Shown here in pieces: positions 49,401 to 62,930 of a DNA stretch of 64,000 nucleotides. The stretch spans positions 25,172,001-25,236,000 of the forward strand of contig OZ059900.1 in NCBI GenBank assembly GCA_964057225.1, in the 5' to 3' direction. The notes under the pieces were generated by a model. The model was not told the DNA's origin and ran no database searches. It worked only from the letters and a program-made list of their open reading frames with translations. Origin of the DNA: Auanema rhodensis (taxonomy: Eukaryota; Animalia; Nematoda). Numbering within the stretch: position 1 is the stretch's first letter; each line of letters begins with the position of its first letter. A program made the position numbers and the translations under genes.

Positions 49401-52400
49401 ATTTCTCATGGGAAATACTGTGTTTTTGTATTTTTTTAGTGTTCAGCATGTAAAATGCGTCATTTTAGTATGTAAAACGCTGAAATTCGTTGCATTTGAC
49501 GACTCATATGAACAAAAAGCGATTTAATCAATATTAGCCATAAGGGGCGTGCCCTCAGAATATGCTAATTTCCTTAATTTTCTAACCCCTGTTTTTTTGT
49601 CGTGAAAGTGGAACTAGACGTTGTACGAACAATTTTGAGCTAGGTTTCATTGACATTGCATGAGTTTGAACACATGCAATCGTAAGTCAAAACCTTGTTT
49701 ACAGCGAAATTTCCAAAAACTGGTTTTCCAGCATAATAAAATATTTCTCATGGGAAATACTGTGTTTTTGTATTTTTCTAGTGTTCAGCATGTAAAATGC
49801 TTCATTTTAGTATGTAACACGCTGAAATTTGTTGCATTTGACGACTCATATGAACAAAAATCGATTTAATCAATATTAGCCATAAGGGGCGTGCCCTCAG
49901 AATATGCTAATTTCCTTAATTTTCTAACCCCTGTTTTTTTGTCGTGAAAGTGGAACTAGACGTTGTACGAACAATTTTGAGCTAGGTTTCATTGACATTG
50001 CATGAGTTTGAACACATGAAATCGTAAGTCAAAACCTTGTTTACAGCGAAATTTCCAAAAACTGGTTTTCCAGCATAATAAAATATTTCTCATGGGAAAT
50101 ACTGTGTTTTTGTATTTTTTTAGTGTTCAGCATGTAAAATGCGTCATTTTAGTATGTAAAACGCTGAAATTCGTTGCATTTGACGACTCATATGAACAAA
50201 AATCGATTTTATCAATATTAGCCATAAGGGGCGTGCCCTCAGAATATGCTAATTTCCTTAATTTTCTAACCCCTGTTTTTTTGTCGTGAAAGTGGAACTA
50301 GACGTTGTACGAACAATTTTGAGCTAGGTTTCATTGACATTGCATGAGTTTGAACACATGAAATCGTAAGTCAAAACCTTGTTTACAGCGAAATTTCCAA
50401 AAACAGGTTTTCCAGCATAATACAATATTTCTCATGGGAAATACTGTGTTTTTGTATTTTTCTAGTGTTAAGAATGTAGAATGCTTCATTTTAGTATGTA
50501 ACACGCTGAAATTCGTTGCATTTGACGACTCATATGAACAAAAATCGATTTAATCAATATTAGCCATAAGGGGCGTGCCCTCAGAATATGCTAATTTCCT
50601 TAATTTTCTAACCCCTGTTTTTTTGTCGTGAAAGTGGAACTAGACGTTGTACGAACAATTTTGAGCTAGGTTTCATTGACATTGCATGAGTTTGAACACA
50701 TGCAATCGTAAGTCAAAACCTTGTTTACAGCGAAATTTCCAAAAACTGGTTTTCCAGCATAATAAAATATTTCTCATGGGAAATACTGTGTTTTTGTATT
50801 TTTCTAGTGTTCAGCATGTAAAATGCTTCATTTTAGTATGTAACACGCTGAAATTTGTTGCATTTGACGACTCATATGAACAAAAATCGATTTAATCAAT
50901 ATTAGCCATAAGGGGCGTGCCCTCAGAATATGCTAATTTCCTTAATTTTCTAACCCCTGTTTTTTTGTCGTGAAAGTGGAACTAGACGTTGTACGAACAA
51001 TTTTGAGCTAGGTTTCATTGACATTGCATGAGTTTGAACACATGAAATCGTAAGTCAAAACCTTGTTTACAGCGAAATTTCCAAAAACTGGTTTTCCAGC
51101 ATAATAAAATATTTCTCATGGGAAAAACTGTGTTTTTGTATTTTTCTAGTGTTCAGCATGTAAAATGCTTCATTTTAGTATGTAACACGCTGAAATTCGT
51201 TGCATTTGACGACTCATATGAACAAAAATCGATTTAATCAATATTAGCCATAAGGGGCGTGCCCTCAGAATATGCTAATTTCCTTAATTTTCTAACCCCT
51301 GTTTTTTTGTCGTGAAAGTGGAACTAGACGATGTACGAACAATTTTGAGCTAGGTTTCATTGACATTGCATAAGTTTGAACACATGCAATCGTAAGTCAA
51401 AACCTTGTTTACAGCGAAATTTCCAAAAACTGGTTTTCCAGCATAATAAAATATTTCTCATGGGAAATACTGTGTTTTTGTATTTTTTTAGTGTTCAGCA
51501 TGTAAAATGCTTCATTTTGATGTGTAAAACGCTGAAATTCGTTGCATTTGACGACTCATATGAACAAAAATCGATTTTATCAATATTAGCCATAAGGGGC
51601 GTGCCCTCAGAATATGCTAATTTCCTTAATTTTCTAACCCCTGTTTTTTTGTCGTGAAAGTGGAACTAGACGTTGTACGAACAATTTTGAGCTAGGTTTC
51701 ATTGACATTGCATAAGTTTGAACACATGCAATCGTAAGTCAAAACCTTGTTTACCGCGAAATTTCCAAAAACTGGTTTTCCAGCATAATAAAATATTTCT
51801 CATGGGAAAAACTGTGTTTTTGTATTTTTCTAGTGTTCAGCATGTAAAATGCTTCATTTTAGTATGTAACACGCTGAAATTTGTTGCATTTGACGACTCA
51901 TATGAACAAAAATCGATTTAATCAATATTAGCCATAAGGGGCGTGCCCTCAGAATATGCTAATTTCCTTAATTTTCTAACCCCTGTTTTTTTGTCGTGAA
52001 AGTGGAACTAGACGTTGTACGAACAATTTTGAGCTAGGTTTCATTGACATTGCATGAGTTTGAACAAATGAAATCGTAAGTCAAAACCTTGTTTACAGCG
52101 AAATTTCCAAAAACTGGTTTTCCAGCATAAAAAAATATTTCTCATGGGAAATACTGTGTTTTTGTATTTTTTTAATGTTCAGCATGTAAAATGCTTCATT
52201 TTGATATGTAAAACGCTGAAATTCGTTGCATTTGACGACTCATATGAACAAAAATCGATTTTATCAATATTAGCCATAAGGGGCGTGCCCTCAGAATATG
52301 CTAATTTCCTTAATTTTCTAACCCCTGTTTTTTTGTCGTGAAAGTGGAACTAGACGTTGTACGAACAATTTTGAGCTAGGTTTCATTGACATTGCATGAG

Positions 52401-55400
52401 TTTGAACACATGAAATCGTAAGTCAAAACCTTGTTTACAGCGAAATTTCCAAAAACTGGTTTTCCAGCATAATAAAATATTTCTCATGGGAAATACTGTG
52501 TTTTTGTATTTTTTTAGTGTTCAGCATGTAAAATGCGTCATTTTAGTATGTAAAACGCTGAAATTCGTTGCATTTGACGACTCATATGAACAAAAATCGA
52601 TTTTATCAATATTAGCCATAAGGGGCGTGCCCTCAGAATATGCTAATTTCCTTAATTTTCTAACCCCTGTTTTTTTGTCGTGAAAGTGGAACTAGACGTT
52701 GTACGAACAATTTTGAGCTAGGTTTCATTGACATTGCATGAGTTTGAACACATGAAATCGTAAGTCAAAACCTTGTTTACAGCGAAATTTCCAAAAACAG
52801 GTTTTCCAGCATAATACAATATTTCTCATGGGAAATACTGTGTTTTTGTATTTTTCTAGTGTTCAGAATGTAGAATGCTTCATTTTAGTATGTAACACGC
52901 TGAAATTCGTTGCATTTGACGACTCATATGAACAAAAATCGATTTAATCAATATTAGCCATAAGGAGCGTGCCCTCAGAATATGCTAATTTCCTTAATTT
53001 TCTAACCCCTGTTTTTTTGTCGTGAAAGTGGAACTAGACGTTGTACGAACAATTTTGAGCTAGGTTTCATTGACATTGCATGAGTTTGAACACATGAAAT
53101 CGTAAGTCAAAACCTTGTTTACAGCGAAATTTCCAAAAACTGGTTTTCCAGCATAATAAAATATTTCTCATGGGAAATACTGTGTTTTTGTATTTTTTTA
53201 GTGTTCAGCATGTAAAATGCGTCATTTTAGTATGTAAAACGCTGAAATTCGTTGCATTTGACGACTCATATGAACAAAAAGCGATTTAATCAATATTAGC
53301 CATAAGGGGCGTGCCCTCAGAATATGCTAATTTCCTTAATTTTCTAACCCCTGTTTTTTTGTCGTGAAAGTGGAACTAGACGTTGTACGAACAATTTTGA
53401 GCTAGGTTTCATTGACATTGCATGAGTTTGAACACATGCAATCGTAAGTCAAAACCTTGTTTACAGCGAAATTTCCAAAAACTGGTTTTCCAGCATAATA
53501 AAATATTTCTCATGGGAAATACTGTGTTTTTGTATTTTTCTAGTGTTCAGCATGTAAAATGCTTCATTTTAGTATGTAACACGCTGAAATTTGTTGCATT
53601 TGACGACTCATATGAACAAAAATCGATTTAATCAATATTAGCCATAAGGGGCGTGCCCTCAGAATATGCTAATTTCCTTAATTTTCTAACCCCTGTTTTT
53701 TTGTCGTGAAAGTGGAACTAGACGTTGTACGAACAATTTTGAGCTAGGTTTCATTGACATTGCATGAGTTTGAACACATGAAATCGTAAGTCAAAACCTT
53801 GTTTACAGCGAAATTTCCAAAAACTGGTTTTCCAGCATAATAAAATATTTCTCATGGGAAATACTGTGTTTTTGTATTTTTTTAGTGTTCAGCATGTAAA
53901 ATGCGTCATTTTAGTATGTAAAACGCTGAAATTCGTTGCATTTGACGACTCATATGAACAAAAATCGATTTTATCAATATTAGCCATAAGGGGCGTGCCC
54001 TCAGAATATGCTAATTTCCTTAATTTTCTAACCCCTGTTTTTTTGTCGTGAAAGTGGAACTAGACGTTGTACGAACAATTTTGAGCTAGGTTTCATTGAC
54101 ATTGCATGAGTTTGAACACATGAAATCGTAAGTCAAAACCTTGTTTACAGCGAAATTTCCAAAAACAGGTTTTCCAGCATAATACAATATTTCTCATGGG
54201 AAATACTGTGTTTTTGTATTTTTCTAGTGTTCAGAATGTAGAATGCTTCATTTTAGTATGTAACACGCTGAAATTCGTTGCATTCGACGACTCATATGAA
54301 CAAAAATCGATTTAATCAATATTAGCCATAAGGAGCGTGCCCTCAGAATATGCTAATTTCCTTAATTTTCTAACCCCTGTTTTTTTGTCGTGAAAGTGGA
54401 ACTAGACGTTGTACGAACAATTTTGAGCTAGGTTTCATTGACATTGCATGAGTTTGAACACATGAAATCGTAAGTCAAAACCTTGTTTACAGCGAAATTT
54501 CCAAAAACTGGTTTTCCAGCATAATAAAATATTTCTCATGGGAAATACTGTGTTTTTGTATTTTTTTAGTGTTCAGCATGTAAAATGCGTCATTTTAGTA
54601 TGTAAAACGCTGAAATTCGTTGCATTTGACGACTCATATGAACAAAAAGCGATTTAATCAATATTAGCCATAAGGGGCGTGCCCTCAGAATATGCTAATT
54701 TCCTTAATTTTCTAACCCCTGTTTTTTTGTCGTGAAAGTGGAACTAGACGGTGTACGAACAATTTTGAGCTAGGTTTCATTGACATTGCATGAGTTTGAA
54801 CACATGAAATCGTAAGTCAAAACCTTGTTTACAGCGAAATTTCCAAAAACTGGTTTTCCAGCATAATAAAATATTTCTCATGGGAAATACTGTGTTTTTG
54901 TATTTTTTTAGTGTTCAGCATGTAAAATGCGTCATTTTAGTATGTAAAACGCTGAAATTCGTTGCATTTGACGACTCATATGAACAAAAAGCGATTTAAT
55001 CAATATTAGCCATAAGGGGCGTGCCCTCAGAATATGCTAATTTCCTTAATTTTCTAACCCCTGTTTTTTTGTCGTGAAAGTGGAACTAGACGTTGTACGA
55101 ACAATTTTGAGCTAGGTTTCATTGACATTGCATGAGTTTGAACACATGCAATCGTAAGTCAAAACCTTGTTTACAGCGAAATTTCCAAAAACTGGTTTTC
55201 CAGCATAATAAAATATTTCTCATGGGAAATACTGTGTTTTTGTATTTTTCTAGTGTTCAGCATGTAAAATGCTTCATTTTAGTATGTAACACGCTGAAAT
55301 TTGTTGCATTTGACGACTCATATGAACAAAAATCGATTTAATCAATATTAGCCATAAGGGGCGTGCCCTCAGAATATGCTAATTTCCTTAATTTTCTAAC

Positions 55401-56090
55401 CCCTGTTTTTTTGTCGTGAAAGTGGAACTAGACGTTGTACGAACAATTTTGAGCTAGGTTTCATTGACATTGCATGAGTTCGAACAAATGAAATCGTAAG
55501 TCAAAACCTTGTTTACATCGAAATTTCCAAAAACTGGTTTTCCAGCATAATAAAATATTTGTCATGGGAAATACTGTGTTTTTGTATTTTTTTAGTGTTC
55601 AGCATGTAAAATGCGTCATTTTAGTATGTAAAACGCTGAAATTCGTTGCATTTGACGACTCATATGAACAAAAATCGATTTTATCAATATTAGCCATAAG
55701 GGGCGTGCCCTCAGAATATGCTAATTTCCTTAATTTTCTAACCCCTGTTTTTTTGTCGTGAAAGTGGAACTAGACGTTGTACGAACAATTTTGAGCTAGG
55801 TTTCATTGACATTGCATGAGTTTGAACACATGCAATCGTAAGTCAAAACCTTGTTTACAGCGAAATTTCCAAAAACTGGTTTTCCAGCATAATAAAATAT
55901 TTCTCATGGGAAATACTGTGTTTTTGTATTTTTCTAGTGTTCAGCATGTAAAATGCTTCATTTTAGTATGTAACACGCTGAAATTTGTTGCATTTGACGA
56001 CTCATATGAACAAAAATCGATTTAATCAATATTAGCCATAAGGGGCGTGCCCTCAGAATATGCTAATTTCCTTAATTTTCTAACCCCTGT

Positions 56091-59000
56091 TTTTTTGTCG
56101 TGAAAGTGGAACTAGACGATGTACGAACAATTTTGAGCTAGGTTTCATTGACATTGCATAAGTTTGAACACATGCAATCGTAAGTCAAAACCTTGTTTAC
56201 AGCGAAATTTCCAAAAACTGGTTTTCCAGCATAATAAAATATTTCTCATGGGAAATACTGTGTTTTTGTATTTTTTTAGTGTTCAGCATGTAAAATGCTT
56301 CATTTTGATGTGTAAAACGCTGAAATTCGTTGCATTTGACGACTCATATGAACAAAAATCGATTTTATCAATATTAGCCATAAGGGGCGTGCCCTCAGAA
56401 TATGCTAATTTCCTTAATTTTCTAACCCCTGTTTTTTTGTCGTGAAAGTGGAACTAGACGTTGTACGAACAATTTTGAGCTAGGTTTCATTGACATTGCA
56501 TAAGTTTGAACACATGCAATCGTAAGTCAAAACCTTGTTTACAGCGAAATTTCCAAAAACTGGTTTTCCAGCATAATAAAATATTTCTCATGGGAAATAC
56601 TGTGTTTTTGTATTTTTCTAGTGTTCAGCATGTAAAATGCTTCATTTTACTATGTAACACGCTGAAATTTGTTGCATTTGACGACTCATATGAACAAAAA
56701 TCGATTTAATCAATATTAGCCATAAGGGGCGTGCCCTCAGAATATGCTAATTTCCTTAATTTTCTAACCCCTGTTTTTTTGTCGTGAAAGTGGAACTAGA
56801 CGTTGTACGAACAATTTTGAGCTAGGTTTCATTGACATTGCATGAGTTTGAACAAATGAAATCGTAAGTCAAAACCTTGTTTACATCGAAATTTCCAAAA
56901 ACTGGTTTTCCAGCATAATACAATATTTCTCATGGGAAATACTGTGTTTTTATATTTTTCTAGTGTTCAGCATGTAAAATGCTTCATTTTAGTATGTAAC
57001 ACGCTGAAATTTGTTGCATTTGACGACTCATATGAACAAAAATCGATTTAATCAATATTAGCCATAAGGGGCGTGCCCTCAGAATATGCTAATTTCCTTA
57101 ATTTTCTAACCCCTGTTTTTTTGTCGTGAAAGTGGAACTAGACGATGTACGAACAATTTTGAGCTAGGTTTCATTGACATTGCATAAGTTTGAACACATG
57201 CAATCGTAAGTCAAAACCTTGTTTACAGCGAAATTTCCAAAAACTGGTTTTCCAGCATAATAAAATATTTCTCATGGGAAATACTGTGTTTTTGTATTTT
57301 TCTAGTGTTCAGCATGTAAAATGCTTCATTTTAGTATGTAACACGCTGAAATTTGTTGCATTTGACGACTCATATGAACAAAAATCGATTTAATCAATAT
57401 TAGCCATAAGGGGCGTGCCCTCAGAATATGCTAATTTCCTTAATTTTCTAACCCCTGTTTTTTTGTCGTGAAAGTGGAACTAGACGTTGTACGAACAATT
57501 TTGAGCCAGGTTTCATTGACATTGCATAAGTTTGAACACATGCAATCGTAAGTCAAAACCTTGTTTACAGCGAAATTTCCAAAAACTGGTTTTCCAGCAT
57601 AATAAAATATTTCTCATGGGAAATACTGTGTTTTTGTATTTTTCTAGTGTTCAGCATGTAAAATGCTTCATTTTAGTATGTAACACGCTGAAATTTGTTG
57701 CATTTGACGACTCATATGAACAAAAATCGATTTAATCAATATTAGCCATAAGGGGCGTGCCCTCAGAATATGCTAATTTCCTTAATTTTCTAACCCCTGT
57801 TTTTTTGTCGTGAAAGTGGAACTAGACGATGTACGAACAATTTTGAGCTAGGTTTCATTGACATTGCATAAGTTTGAACACATGCAATCGTAAGTCAAAA
57901 CCTTGTTTACAGCGAAATTTCCAAAAACTGGTTTTCCAGCATAATAAAATATTTCTCATGGGAAATACTGTGTTTTTGTATTTTTTTAGTGTTCAGCATG
58001 TGAAATGCTTCATTTTGATGTGTAAAACGCTGAAATTCGTTGCATTTGACGACTCATATGAACAAAAATCGATTTTATCAATATTAGCCATAAGGGGCGT
58101 GCCCTCAGAATATGCTAATTTCCTTAATTTTCTAACCCCTGTTTTTTTGTCGTGAAAGTGGAACTAGACGTTGTACGAACAATTTTGAGCTAGGTTTCAT
58201 TGACATTGCATAAGTTTGAACACATGCAATCGTAAGTCAAAACCTTGTTTACAGCGAAATTTCCAAAAACTGGTTTTCCAGCATAATAAAATATTTCTCA
58301 TGGGAAATACTGTGTTTTTGTATTTTTCTAGTGTTCAGCATGTAAAATGCTTCATTTTAGTATGTAACACGCTGAAATTTGTTGCATTTGACGACTCATA
58401 TGAACAAAAATCGATTTAATCAATATTAGCCATAAGGGGCGTGCCCTCAGAATATGCTAATTTCCTTAATTTTCTAACCCCTGTTTTTTTGTCGTGAAAG
58501 TGGAACTAGACGTTGTACGAACAATTTTGAGCTAGGTTTCATTGACATTGCATGAGTTTGAACAAATGAAATCGTAAGTCAAAACCTTGTTTACATCGAA
58601 ATTTCCAAAAACTGGTTTTCCAGCATAATACAATATTTCTCATGGGAAATACTGTGTTTTTATATTTTTCTAGTGTTCAGCATGTAAAATGCTTCATTTT
58701 AGTATGTAACACGCTGAAATTTGTTGCATTTGACGACTCATATGAACAAAAATCGATTTAATCAATATTAGCCATAAGGGGCGTGCCCTCAGAATATGCT
58801 AATTTCCTTAATTTTCTAACCCCTGTTTTTTTGTCGTGAAAGTGGAACTAGACGATGTACGAACAATTTTGAGCTAGGTTTCATTGACATTGCATAAGTT
58901 TGAACACATGCAATCGTAAGTCAAAACCTTGTTTACAGCGAAATTTCCAAAAACTGGTTTTCCAGCATAATAAAATATTTCTCATGGGAAATACTGTGTT

Positions 59001-59510
59001 TTTGTATTTTTCTAGTGTTCAGCATGTAAAATGCTTCATTTTAGTATGTAACACGCTGAAATTTGTTGCATTTGACGACTCATATGAACAAAAATCGATT
59101 TAATCAATATTAGCCATAAGGGGCGTGCCCTCAGAATATGCTAATTTCCTTAATTTTCTAACCCCTGTTTTTTTGTCGTGAAAGTGGAACTAGACGTTGT
59201 ACGAACAATTTTGAGCTAGGTTTCATTGACATTGCATAAGTTTGAACACATGCAATCGTAAGTCAAAACCTTGTTTACAGCGAAATTTCCAAAAACTGGT
59301 TTTCCAGCATAATAAAATATTTCTCATGGGAAATACTGTGTTTTTGTATTTTTCTAGTGTTCAGCATGTAAAATGCTTCATTTTAGTATGTAACACGCTG
59401 AAATTTGTTGCATTTGACGACTCATATGAACAAAAATTGATTTAATCAATATTAGCCATAAGGGGCGTGCCCTCAGAATATGCTAATTTCCTTAATTTTC
59501 TAACCCCTGT
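56091..59510. repeat. Local 5-mer duplication (1710 bp) x2
   Basis: The GACGAT/CATAAG/TTGATG monomer is at 56091 and 57801 and the ACAAAT/TTATA monomer at 56775 and 58485. The ORF pattern 56164/56506/57190/57532 repeats at +1710. Confidence 0.88.
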
Positions 59511-62500
59511 TTTTTTGTCGTGAAAGTGGAACTAGACGTTGTACGAACAATTTTGAGCTAGGTTTCATTGACATTGCATGAGTTTGAACACATGCAATCG
59601 TAAGTCAAAACCTTGTTTACAGCGAAATTTCCAAAAACTGGTTTTCCAGCATAATACAATATTTCTCATGGGAAATACTGTGTTTTTGTATTTTTCTAGT
59701 GTTCAGAATGTAGAATGCTTCATTTTAGTATGTAACACGCTGAAATTCGTTGCATTTGACGACTCATATGAACAAAAATCGATTTAATCAATATTAGCCA
59801 TAAGGAGCGTGCCCTCAGAATATGCTAATTTCCTTAATTTTCTAACCCCTGTTTTTTTGTCGTGAAAGTGGAACTAGACGTTGTACGAACAATTTTGAGC
59901 TAGGTTTCATTGAAATTGCATGAGTTTGAACACATGAAATCGTAAGTCAAAACCTTGTTTACAGCGAAATTTCCAAAAACTGGTTTTCCAGCATAATAAA
60001 ATATTTCTCATGGGAAATACTGTGTTTTTGTATTTTTTTAGTGTTCAGCATGTAAAATGCGTCATTTTAGTATGTAAAACGCTGAAATTCGTTGCATTTG
60101 ACGACTCATATGAACAAAAAGCGATTTAATCAATATTAGCCATAAGGGGCGTGCCCTCAGAATATGCTAATTTCCTTAATTTTCTAACCCCTGTTTTTTT
60201 GTCGTGAAAGTGGAACTAGACGTTGTACGAACAATTTTGAGCTAGGTTTCATTGACATTGCATGAGTTTGAACACATGAAATCGTAAGTCAAAACCTTGT
60301 TTACAGCGGAATTTCCAAAAACTGGTTTTCCAGCATAATAAAATATTTCTCATGGGAAATACTGTGTTTTTGTATTTTTTTAGTGTTCAGCATGTAAAAT
60401 GCGTCATTTTAGTATGTAAAACGCTGAAATTCGTTGCATTTGACGACTCATATGAACAAAAAGCGATTTAATCAATATTAGCCATAAGGGGCGTGCCCTC
60501 AGAATATGCTAATTTCCTTAATTTTCTAACCCCTGTTTTTTTGTCGTGAAAGTGGAACTAGACGTTGTACGAACAATTTTGAGCTAGGTTTCATTGACAT
60601 TGCATGAGTTTGAACACATGAAATCGTAAGTCAAAACCTTGTTTACAGCGAAATTTCCAAAAACTGGTTTTCCAGCATAATAAAATATTTCTCATGGGAA
60701 ATACTGTGTTTTTGTATTTTTTTAGTGTTCAGCATGTAAAATGCGTCATTTTAGTATGTAAAACGCTGAAATTCGTTGCATTTGACGACTCATATGAACA
60801 AAAATCGATTTTATCAATATTAGCCATAAGGGGCGTGCCCTCAGAATATGCTAATTTCCTTAATTTTCTAACCCCTGTTTTTTTGTCGTGAAAGTGGAAC
60901 TAGACGTTGTACGAACAATTTTGAGCTAGGTTTCATTGACATTGCATGAGTTTGAACACATGAAATCGTAAGTCAAAACCTTGTTTACAGCGAAATTTCC
61001 AAAAACAGGTTTTCCAGCATAATACAATATTTCTCATGGGAAATACTGTGTTTTTGTATTTTTCTAGTGTTCAGAATGTAAAATGCTTCATTTTAGTATG
61101 TAACACGCTGAAATTTGTTGCATTTGACGACTCATATGAACAAAAATCGATTTAATCAATATTAGCCATAAGGGGCGTGCCCTCAGAATATGCTAATTTC
61201 CTTAATTTTCTAACCCCTGTTTTTTTGTCGTGAAAGTGGAACTAGACGATGTACGAACAATTTTGAGCTAGGTTTCATTGACATTGCATAAGTTTGAACA
61301 CATGCAATCGTAAGTCAAAACCTTGTTTACAGCGAAATTTCCAAAAACTGGTTTTCCAGCATAATAAAATATTTCTCATGGGAAATACTGTGTTTTTGTA
61401 TTTTTCTAGTGTTCAGCATGTAAAATGCTTCATTTTAGTATGTAACACGCTGAAATTTGTTGCATTTGACGACTCATATGAACAAAAATCGATTTAATCA
61501 ATATTAGCCATAAGGGGCGTGCCCTCAGAATATGCTAATTTCCTTAATTTTCTAACCCCTGTTTTTTTGTCGTGAAAGTGGAACTAGACGTTGTACGAAC
61601 AATTTTGAGCTAGGTTTCATTGACATTGCATAAGTTTGAACACATGCAATCGTAAGTCAAAACCTTGTTTACAGCGAAATTTCCAAAAACTGGTTTTCCA
61701 GCATAATAAAATATTTCTCATGGGAAATACTGTGTTTTTGTATTTTTCTAGTGTTCAGCATGTAAAATGCTTCATTTTAGTATGTAACACGCTGAAATTT
61801 GTTGCATTTGACGACTCATATGAACAAAAATTGATTTAATCAATATTAGCCATAAGGGGCGTGCCCTCAGAATATGCTAATTTCCTTAATTTTCTAACCC
61901 CTGTTTTTTTGTCGTGAAAGTGGAACTAGACGTTGTACGAACAATTTTGAGCTAGGTTTCATTGACATTGCATGAGTTTGAACACATGCAATCGTAAGTC
62001 AAAACCTTGTTTACAGCGAAATTTCCAAAAACTGGTTTTCCAGCATAATACAATATTTCTCATGGGAAATACTGTGTTTTTGTATTTTTCTAGTGTTCAG
62101 AATGTAGAATGCTTCATTTTAGTATGTAACACGCTGAAATTCGTTGCATTTGACGACTCATATGAACAAAAATCGATTTAATCAATATTAGCCATAAGGA
62201 GCGTGCCCTCAGAATATGCTAATTTCCTTAATTTTCTAACCCCTGTTTTTTTGTCGTGAAAGTGGAACTAGACGTTGTACGAACAATTTTGAGCTAGGTT
62301 TCATTGAAATTGCATGAGTTTGAACACATGAAATCGTAAGTCAAAACCTTGTTTACAGCGAAATTTCCAAAAACTGGTTTTCCAGCATAATAAAATATTT
62401 CTCATGGGAAATACTGTGTTTTTGTATTTTTTTAGTGTTCAGCATGTAAAATGCGTCATTTTAGTATGTAAAACGCTGAAATTCGTTGCATTTGACGACT

Positions 62501-62930
62501 CATATGAACAAAAAGCGATTTAATCAATATTAGCCATAAGGGGCGTGCCCTCAGAATATGCTAATTTCCTTAATTTTCTAACCCCTGTTTTTTTGTCGTG
62601 AAAGTGGAACTAGACGTTGTACGAACAATTTTGAGCTAGGTTTCATTGACATTGCATGAGTTTGAACACATGAAATCGTAAGTCAAAACCTTGTTTACAG
62701 CGGAATTTCCAAAAACTGGTTTTCCAGCATAATAAAATATTTCTCATGGGAAATACTGTGTTTTTGTATTTTTTTAGTGTTCAGCATGTAAAATGCGTCA
62801 TTTTAGTATGTAAAACGCTGAAATTCGTTGCATTTGACGACTCATATGAACAAAAAGCGATTTAATCAATATTAGCCATAAGGGGCGTGCCCTCAGAATA
62901 TGCTAATTTCCTTAATTTTCTAACCCCTGT
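58827..62930. repeat. Five-monomer block repeated at 7-monomer spacing (2394 bp)
   Basis: Private SNPs CATTGAAATTG (monomers at 59853, 62247) and CAGCGGAAT (60195, 62589) recur at +2394. ORFs 58900/59242/59578 recur at 61294/61636/61972. Confidence 0.88.
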
